DNA of 64,000 nt from positions 24,572-88,571 of the forward strand of contig DNEP01000001.1 of assembly GCA_003487265.1 (NCBI GenBank). The letters run 5' to 3'. Shown here piece by piece: positions 58,396 through 64,000 of this stretch (position 1 is the first letter of the stretch; each line of letters starts with the position of its first letter). The DNA is from Minisyncoccota bacterium (lineage in GTDB: Bacteria > Patescibacteriota > Microgenomatia > UBA1400 > UBA12028). The notes under the pieces were generated by a model, which saw only the letters and a program-made list of their open reading frames with translations, was not told the origin of the DNA and searched no databases. The position numbers and the translations under genes were made by a program.

Positions 58396-59526
58396 CTATA
58401 TTTTCCGATACCTCGTCGTCGCCCCTTGACCAACTCGCTCGATCACCTTGAGAGCTAAAAGTTTATTCAGTATTTGGTTTATCGTTGACCTCGGAATACC
58501 AGTTTCGGTTGAAATTTCTTTCGGCGTTGTTTCCAAAATCTTCCCCAAATACTGCCATGCAACCGACTGCTGAGGTGAAAGAATTGTTTCGATATTTGTT
58601 TGCGTGAGTAACTGTATCGCCATTTGAGACTGAGTTAGCAATATATCTAAGAAAAAGTTGAGCCATGACGATATATCAGGTTGCCCTGTTCTTAACGCTT
58701 TTTGACTTTTCCTAAGAGCTAAATAGTATTCAGGTTTATTATCCTCTATAAGTTTTTCATGAGATACATAGGGCATATAAGCGTAGTTTTGTTGTAGAAG
58801 TAATAAATTTGTTATGATTCTAGACAATCTACCATTACCATCTTCAAATGGGTGAATATTTAAAAATTCGACCAAAAAGTTTCCAATTACAAGAAGTGGA
58901 TGATAGGTGTTCTTTTGTAATGCCGTCTTCGTCCAATCAATAAGCTCAAACATTTCTTTTGGTGTTAACCAAGCTTTTGTTGTTTCAAATAAGATGCCAA
59001 CCGATTTTCCTTCCTCATTAATCATCCCAACCGCATTCTCTCTCTTTTTGTAATCACCACGATGAAAAACATCTTTTTCAACATTTTTAAGCAGTTCTTT
59101 GTGAAAATGCTTGATCAAGTTCTCGTTGAAGACAAGCGTCTGCCATGAATTAAAGACGTTTTGTAAAAGTTCATAATACCCGCGCGCTTCCTGCTCATCC
59201 CTATTGCTGAATTTTTGGATAGAAATACCTCGAAGCATTTGTTCAATATCTTCGTCAGACATTTTTGAACCTTCTATGCGAGTCGAGGAACCCGTAGAAG
59301 TGACCAGGACTGATTTTTTCAGTCGCCCAAGAATTTGAGGGCTTAGCTTCGCACTTCCCTCCCATTTCCCCTTGAATCCTTCAATCTGGGCGATCTTAAG
59401 CCAGAGGTCTTGCGGAATATTATTCAGTCTCAAATCGAATGTACTATTCATATATGTAAGATTATATAAGGTTATGTAAGATCCGTCAATATCCATCCCA
59501 TTAAACAGGTTTTTGGAAAAAACCAC
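58396..59526 (-). CDS. Fic-family protein (putative AMPylase) with a C-terminal winged-HTH
   Basis: Fic motif HPFEDGNGRLSRI. The C-terminal ...TGIPRSTINQILNKLLALKVIERVGQGATTRY is a wHTH. The gene is clearly AT-rich relative to neighbours and starts 34 nt from the tRNA-Leu 3' end. Confidence 0.8.
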   Translation of the reverse strand: MVFSKNLFNGMDIDGSYITLYNLTYMNSTFDLRLNNIPQDLWLKIAQIEGFKGKWEGSAKLSPQILGRLKKSVLVTSTGSSTRIEGSKMSDEDIEQMLRGISIQKFSNRDEQEARGYYELLQNVFNSWQTLVFNENLIKHFHKELLKNVEKDVFHRGDYKKRENAVGMINEEGKSVGILFETTKAWLTPKEMFELIDWTKTALQKNTYHPLLVIGNFLVEFLNIHPFEDGNGRLSRIITNLLLLQQNYAYMPYVSHEKLIEDNKPEYYLALRKSQKALRTGQPDISSWLNFFLDILLTQSQMAIQLLTQTNIETILSPQQSVAWQYLGKILETTPKEISTETGIPRSTINQILNKLLALKVIERVGQGATTRYRKI

Positions 59527-59851
59527 CTTTTCCAGTTCTATACATATTTGTATAGAACCAGAAACGCAAAAAATGCATTATCTCCGCTTGAAAATGTGCT
59601 ATCATAATCTAATGCAGGAAATTGCTCGTTCTTTGTTTGATCCCACTTCTATCTGGTTTTTCGTATTTCAATCTGTGGTTTGGTTTGGGGTATGTATTGT
59701 TGCAACAGTATCAGTCGCGACTAAATCAACATACGACACCTCGTATCATTCATTCAAATCGCACATGGGAATGTTTTTGCTGTTTATCACTCTCACCACC
59801 GCGCTTATTTACATAATGTTCGCGCAACCAACCTCCGCAAATACGGTCTAA
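59513..59851 (+). CDS. Possible small 2-TM membrane protein (112 aa)
   Basis: ORF with two hydrophobic helices, in the AT-rich block between the Fic gene and dnaB. Weak support. Confidence 0.25.
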   Translation: MEKTTFSSSIHICIEPETQKMHYLRLKMCYHNLMQEIARSLFDPTSIWFFVFQSVVWFGVCIVATVSVATKSTYDTSYHSFKSHMGMFLLFITLTTALIYIMFAQPTSANTV

Positions 59852-59881
59852 TTTCACACTTCGCGTTCATTTCAAAACATC

Positions 59882-61189
59882 CTAGCGCTTCTGTTCCATG
59901 CCATAAAACTTGATACGATCTCCGCGGAAATACAAGTCAATCGTGCGCAACGGACCGTTTCTGTGCTTTGAAAGGTTGAGCTTCACATGCTCCTGCGCCT
60001 CGTCTTCCTCACGGTACAAGAACATGACAACGTCGGAATCTTGCTCGATCGATCCACTTTCACGAAGATCGGACAGTTGAGGTTGCTTTGTTCCTCGACT
60101 TTCAACCGCACGATTCAACTGCGAAAGCGCCAAAACGGGGACCTTTAATTCGCGCGCCAAGTTTTTCAAACCTTGAGAGATCTCCGAAACTTCTTGCACA
60201 CGATTGTCTGTGGTGTACCCACGCATCAACTGCAAATAATCGACAACAATCAAATCAAGACCGTGCTCCGCCATCAACCGACGCGCTTTTGTTCGCACTT
60301 CAAGGATTGACTGTCCGGGAGTGTCATCAAAAAACAACGGGGCCTCGGCTAAAATACCCATTGCTTCGCTGAGTTTGTCGAAATCTTCGTCGGTCAACTT
60401 TCCCGTTTTCAATCGCCATGCATCAATATCCGCCTGACTCACCAATAAACGGTCAACCATCTCTTCCTTGCTCATTTCCAGCGCGAAATATCCAACCACT
60501 TTATGCTCCACAACCGCCACGTGTTGCGCGATTGCCAGAGCAAATGCGGTTTTCCCGATACCGGGGCGCGCGGCGAGAATTAAAAGGTTTGATTTCTGCA
60601 TTCCCGCAAGCGTGTTGTCCAGATCAGCAAATCCCGTCGCGACACCACGCAACGATCCGCTGTTTTTTTGAAGCTCGTCCAAACGATCAAAACTTTCTGC
60701 GAGTGTTTTTTTTAGTGGAACAAAGCTTCGTTCGAGGTGTTTTTGAGAAATACTGAAGATTTTTTGTTCGGCGGTGTCCAACACAGTCGAGGTTTCAATT
60801 TGTTCGCTAAACGAAAGTTCGGAAAGTTCGCCCGCCAATGCAATCAACGCGCGTTTGATCGCGTGATTCTTGATGATCTTGGCGTATTCTTCAACATGCG
60901 CACTTGTTGGAACGCGTGTCGCGAGCTCGGCTAAGCGCGCAGATCCTCCGATTTTTTTGAACGATCCGAGTTTTTTCAACCCATTTGTGACCGTCACAAT
61001 ATCGATCGGACTCAAGTCCTTGTACAACTCAATCATCGCAAGATAAATCTGGGAGTTTCGCTCATCGTAGAAATGTTGTGGCTCAAGAACCTCTGCAACG
61101 CGCACAAGTGCCTCGTGATCGATGAGCAACGCGCCAAGAACGCTTTCTTCAGCTTCTAGATTGTGCGGTGGGATTTTCATGTCTGGCAT
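59882..61189 (-). CDS. dnaB: Replicative DNA helicase DnaB
   Basis: N-terminal PHNLEAEESVLGALL, Walker A PGIGKTAFALAIAQ, the RecA-like H2/H3/H4 motifs (LIVVDYLQLM, LSQLNRAVESR) and SGSIEQDSDVVMFLYR. Confidence 0.9.
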   Translation of the reverse strand: MPDMKIPPHNLEAEESVLGALLIDHEALVRVAEVLEPQHFYDERNSQIYLAMIELYKDLSPIDIVTVTNGLKKLGSFKKIGGSARLAELATRVPTSAHVEEYAKIIKNHAIKRALIALAGELSELSFSEQIETSTVLDTAEQKIFSISQKHLERSFVPLKKTLAESFDRLDELQKNSGSLRGVATGFADLDNTLAGMQKSNLLILAARPGIGKTAFALAIAQHVAVVEHKVVGYFALEMSKEEMVDRLLVSQADIDAWRLKTGKLTDEDFDKLSEAMGILAEAPLFFDDTPGQSILEVRTKARRLMAEHGLDLIVVDYLQLMRGYTTDNRVQEVSEISQGLKNLARELKVPVLALSQLNRAVESRGTKQPQLSDLRESGSIEQDSDVVMFLYREEDEAQEHVKLNLSKHRNGPLRTIDLYFRGDRIKFYGMEQKR

Positions 61190-61259
61190 ACGGTTTTTTC
61201 CTACACAACGCGAGCGAGGCAGAGCGCGGAATCGCGCAAAAATACAATACTGTTTCGAT

Positions 61260-61925
61260 CTACTCTTTCGACGAGCTCATCACCACTAACTCAGTTTCTT
61301 CGGGCAACGAACCGACAGAAATCGAGAACTCTGTCACGGGTTCTTTTGAAAGCCCATACAGTTTGAGAAAATCTGCAAGCGGAGCGAGCTGTTCGTACTC
61401 CCCTTTGCTCGAATCCGTTTTAAAATGCATGGGGATCACATATGAAGGATTAATCTGCTTGATTGTGGCAAGCGCCTGTTTTGGATCAATCGTAAACACT
61501 CCTCCAACAGGGCAAAGCAACACATCAACCGCACCCAACGCGCTCACCTGTTCTTCAGTTAAGAGATGGCCTAGATCACCAAGATGTGAAATCACAAGAT
61601 CTTCCGCTTGAACGGTAAAAATAATATTGGTCCCTCGTTGCGCCCCCTGCTCAGCATCGTGAAAGCTGGGGATCCCAAAAATTGAGATTCCACCAACCTC
61701 GTACTCGCCTGGAGCATCAATCACAAATGACTTTTCTCGCTTCGTTGAAGGTTGGACTTTCGAAATAGCATTGTGATCATCGTGTGTATGTGAAATCGTC
61801 ACAATATCACCCGTTACCTTTTTTAATACTTCACCGACGTTCGGATCGGCGTATGGATCCATAACAACGGTCCCCAACGAAGTTTTAATCTGAAAACAAG
61901 AATGACCAAGATAAGATATTTTCAT
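61260..61925 (-). CDS. Metallo-beta-lactamase-fold metal-dependent hydrolase
   Basis: MKISYLGHSCF...HTHDDHNA is the MBL motif HxHxDH. Start set at the internal Met (ATG at 61925). Confidence 0.7.
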   Translation of the reverse strand: MKISYLGHSCFQIKTSLGTVVMDPYADPNVGEVLKKVTGDIVTISHTHDDHNAISKVQPSTKREKSFVIDAPGEYEVGGISIFGIPSFHDAEQGAQRGTNIIFTVQAEDLVISHLGDLGHLLTEEQVSALGAVDVLLCPVGGVFTIDPKQALATIKQINPSYVIPMHFKTDSSKGEYEQLAPLADFLKLYGLSKEPVTEFSISVGSLPEETELVVMSSSKE

Positions 61926-62049
61926 ATGACGAATCTTAACTTGTTTCGCGTCGAGGTGCAAGCGATGAACGAATACGTTTAAAAATCATTTTTGGATATA
62001 TCCTCTTCCCTTTTGACTCAAGATTGCGTAGAATACCATTCACCTCATT

Positions 62050-62553
62050 ATGAAAAAGGAAATCATTTTTGCGATTATTGCCGGTCTTGTCGTTGGTGCG
62101 ATTGTGGTTTTTGGAGTGTACACCGCAAATCAATCACTCAAGAAAAAAGAGCAAGACTCGATAAAAAAAATCGAGGATCAGCCATCAAGACTTCCCCCAC
62201 AAAACACAGAGCTTACCATTATTTCCCCAGAAGAAAACGCGTTCACCGATCAGGAACAAATCGTTGTCGCGGGAAAATCAGTTCCCCTTGCCGACGTACT
62301 CCTTCTTGTGAATGAAGAAGAGTACCTCACCACAACAGATGACCAAGGAAACTTTTCTTTCGAGGTAACGCTTTTGGGCGGATCGAACGCGCTATCTATC
62401 TATGTGACGTTGCAAGACGGAAAACAGATTATGGAAACCCGCATGGTTGTGTTTAGTACAGCTGATTTCGACGCAGAAGAAGCGACTTCATCAGCAAAAA
62501 CCGGAAAAACCGCAACAACGTCGGGAACACCTTCAAAAGCAGGAACACCATGA
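62050..62553 (+). CDS. Hypothetical membrane-anchored protein (167 aa)
   Basis: N-terminal TM helix then a soluble domain with a Thr/Ser-rich tail. Confidence 0.35.
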   Translation: MKKEIIFAIIAGLVVGAIVVFGVYTANQSLKKKEQDSIKKIEDQPSRLPPQNTELTIISPEENAFTDQEQIVVAGKSVPLADVLLLVNEEEYLTTTDDQGNFSFEVTLLGGSNALSIYVTLQDGKQIMETRMVVFSTADFDAEEATSSAKTGKTATTSGTPSKAGTP

Positions 62554-63233
62554 AACACCTCTTAACTTTTTTTTCTCTATTTTTTCTCTTTACCTCTACT
62601 GTGATTGCGCAAACTACAGACCAACTCGCAACATCATCAAGTGAGTCGTCCACCGAAGCCACAATGCAAGAAAACATTCGCGAACGCATTGGGAAAGTGA
62701 TTGAAACCATCGGAGACACACTCGAAACACGAAAAAAGTCTGCTGTGGTTGGGGTGATCGAAAAACTCACAGAAGAATCGGTGACGATCAAAACAAAATC
62801 GGGCTCGAGCGAAACTGTGATGATCAATCCGGAAAAACTCACGGTGTTGCGGCTTCCGCAATTAACTTCCGCAACAATTCAAGACATGGAGATTGACCAA
62901 TTTGTCGTCGTGATGGGCTACTTGGGTAAAGAAAAGGTGCTCGAAGCTCGACGAATCCTCCTTTCTCCCGAGATTTTATTTCCCGCACGACACGCCGTAG
63001 TGTATGGCGTCATTGATTCAATAACCTCAACAAAAATCGGCGTGACCATGCGCGACGGAAATCTGCGAAGCATTCCCCTCTCGAAAAAAACAGTCTACAA
63101 AATGACCGATGGAAAGCTTCCAACCACCACTCAAAAAAAAGCAGAGTTTATTGAAGGAAAAAAAGTACTCGTTCTCACCCTTTCTTCTGAAAACGCAAGC
63201 GCAAGTGCCACCCTCGTACGACGCATTGAGTAA
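62550..63233 (+). CDS. Hypothetical secreted protein (227 aa)
   Basis: Signal peptide MKHLLTFFSLFFLFTSTVIAQ. 4-nt overlap with the upstream gene. Confidence 0.35.
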   Translation: MKHLLTFFSLFFLFTSTVIAQTTDQLATSSSESSTEATMQENIRERIGKVIETIGDTLETRKKSAVVGVIEKLTEESVTIKTKSGSSETVMINPEKLTVLRLPQLTSATIQDMEIDQFVVVMGYLGKEKVLEARRILLSPEILFPARHAVVYGVIDSITSTKIGVTMRDGNLRSIPLSKKTVYKMTDGKLPTTTQKKAEFIEGKKVLVLTLSSENASASATLVRRIE

Positions 63234-63296
63234 CACCTTTCCTCATTTCTTCCCAGATATCCACCCGATCTTTCGCCTGATATTGACAAAATTGCC

Positions 63297-63791
63297 TTGA
63301 GTGGTACCATCTCAAGTCTTATGGCAAAAAAAACAGAAAATATTGTATTACTCTTAAAAACCACTCCTACCTTTCTTGCCCAGTATCTCCTCCCTCTTTT
63401 TCTTTATTTTAAAAATAACATTCAAGAAGCAGAATTACCCTTTGAAGAGACAGAACTGTGTTCTTTAATTCAGGAATTAAGTCTTCCTCCAATCCTATTT
63501 CTTGAAGGGTTCATTTTATGGCTTGCACTATTTTCAACGAAAGAATTTCTTAAAGACACTCTAACCTATTTTTCTCATCTTTTTGTTCTTGCAGGAATCA
63601 GCTTTATCGTTTTGCACGGTCTTCCAGATGTAGAATCACTTAAACAAGTATTTGATGAACAACAAATATCGCAAATAGAACAAAATATGTTTATCTATTT
63701 TCCAATTGTGCCACTTTTGGGTATTTGGGTCGCAGGAAAACTCAGCAACAAAATTAAAGGCGTTTTTATCCCCAAAAAAGCAAAGCACTAA
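63297..63791 (+). CDS. Hypothetical membrane protein (164 aa)
   Basis: ORF with 3-4 hydrophobic helices. Confidence 0.3.
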   Translation: MSGTISSLMAKKTENIVLLLKTTPTFLAQYLLPLFLYFKNNIQEAELPFEETELCSLIQELSLPPILFLEGFILWLALFSTKEFLKDTLTYFSHLFVLAGISFIVLHGLPDVESLKQVFDEQQISQIEQNMFIYFPIVPLLGIWVAGKLSNKIKGVFIPKKAKH

Positions 63792-63833
63792 CTTTCATCC
63801 CAAGTCACCAACGCACTCAAGGCATTGCTTTTC

Positions 63834-63861
63834 CCCAACTTTGTCGTATACTATCCCCTAA
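63834..63861 (+). promoter_or_regulatory. Sigma70-like promoter (TTGCTT-N16-TATACT) followed by a boxA-like element (GCTTTCGAACAAATGTCG at 63968-63985), a possible rRNA-operon leader
   Basis: Near-consensus -35 and -10 hexamers with a 16-nt spacer. About 110 nt downstream, GCTTTCGAACAA resembles the rrn antitermination boxA (GCTCTTTAACAA). No ORF follows before the window ends. Confidence 0.3.
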
Positions 63862-64000
63862 AGCGTTATCAGCGGAGTCACGATCCGCGAGCTCCGAGCC
63901 AAATACTCGGCGGAAAGCTAAACCGAATACTTAGCAGTCGATGTCGCTACGCGGAGTCGGCCTGAGAGCTTTCGAACAAATGTCGAAAGAAGAAGGATGG

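Noticed and set aside
59513-59851. Possibility that the small 2-TM ORF downstream of Fic is its antitoxin/immunity partner
   Set aside because: No recognisable Fic-inhibitory alpha-helix motif. The hydrophobic character does not fit known Fic antitoxins. It is kept only as a low-confidence CDS.

Overview
This 64-kb window is compact, gene-dense bacterial chromosome that uses the standard genetic code (TGA acts as a stop). I assigned about 60 protein genes, one tRNA, and almost no long non-coding DNA apart from a 1.17-kb ORF-free block.

Gene content and synteny (rpmF-nusB-ACP-rnc and rpsP-KH remnants, no fatty-acid synthesis genes, a very large type IV pilus locus, many small secreted Cys-rich proteins) are those of a reduced, Gram-positive-like or Patescibacteria/CPR-like genome. 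That placement is inference only.

Housekeeping genes recognised from motifs: PBP1A (partial), tyrS, recG, rpmF, nusB, rnc, rpsP, a KH protein, holB-like, gyrB, ppa, gyrA, a SIMPL protein, a xer recombinase, yebC, tgt, queA, murD, rluA-family, lspA, lgt, tRNA-Leu(CAA), dnaB and an MBL hydrolase.

The dominant accessory structure is a roughly 20-kb minus-strand type IV pilus super-operon (pilB-pilT-pilC-pilA...pilD...five pilin/pseudopilin genes-pilX-like-pilMNO). It carries embedded non-canonical cargo: two tandem Cys-rich secreted paralogs with a VirB2/TrbC-like C-terminal double-helix, an 890-aa lipoprotein, and a 1022-aa Cys-rich secreted protein with a PA14-like segment that is a candidate tip adhesin.

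Other candidates worth follow-up:
- a 1658-aa single-ORF fusion of an M48-like HExxH metalloprotease and a UbiB/ABC1-type atypical kinase domain
- an inorganic pyrophosphatase with a metallothionein-like Cys-rich tail
- an uncharacterised PP-loop ATPase immediately downstream of queA
- an AT-rich Fic gene next to tRNA-Leu
- a 1.17-kb ORF-free repeat-bearing region beside the xer recombinase
- a promoter plus boxA-like leader at the window end, possibly the start of an rRNA operon.
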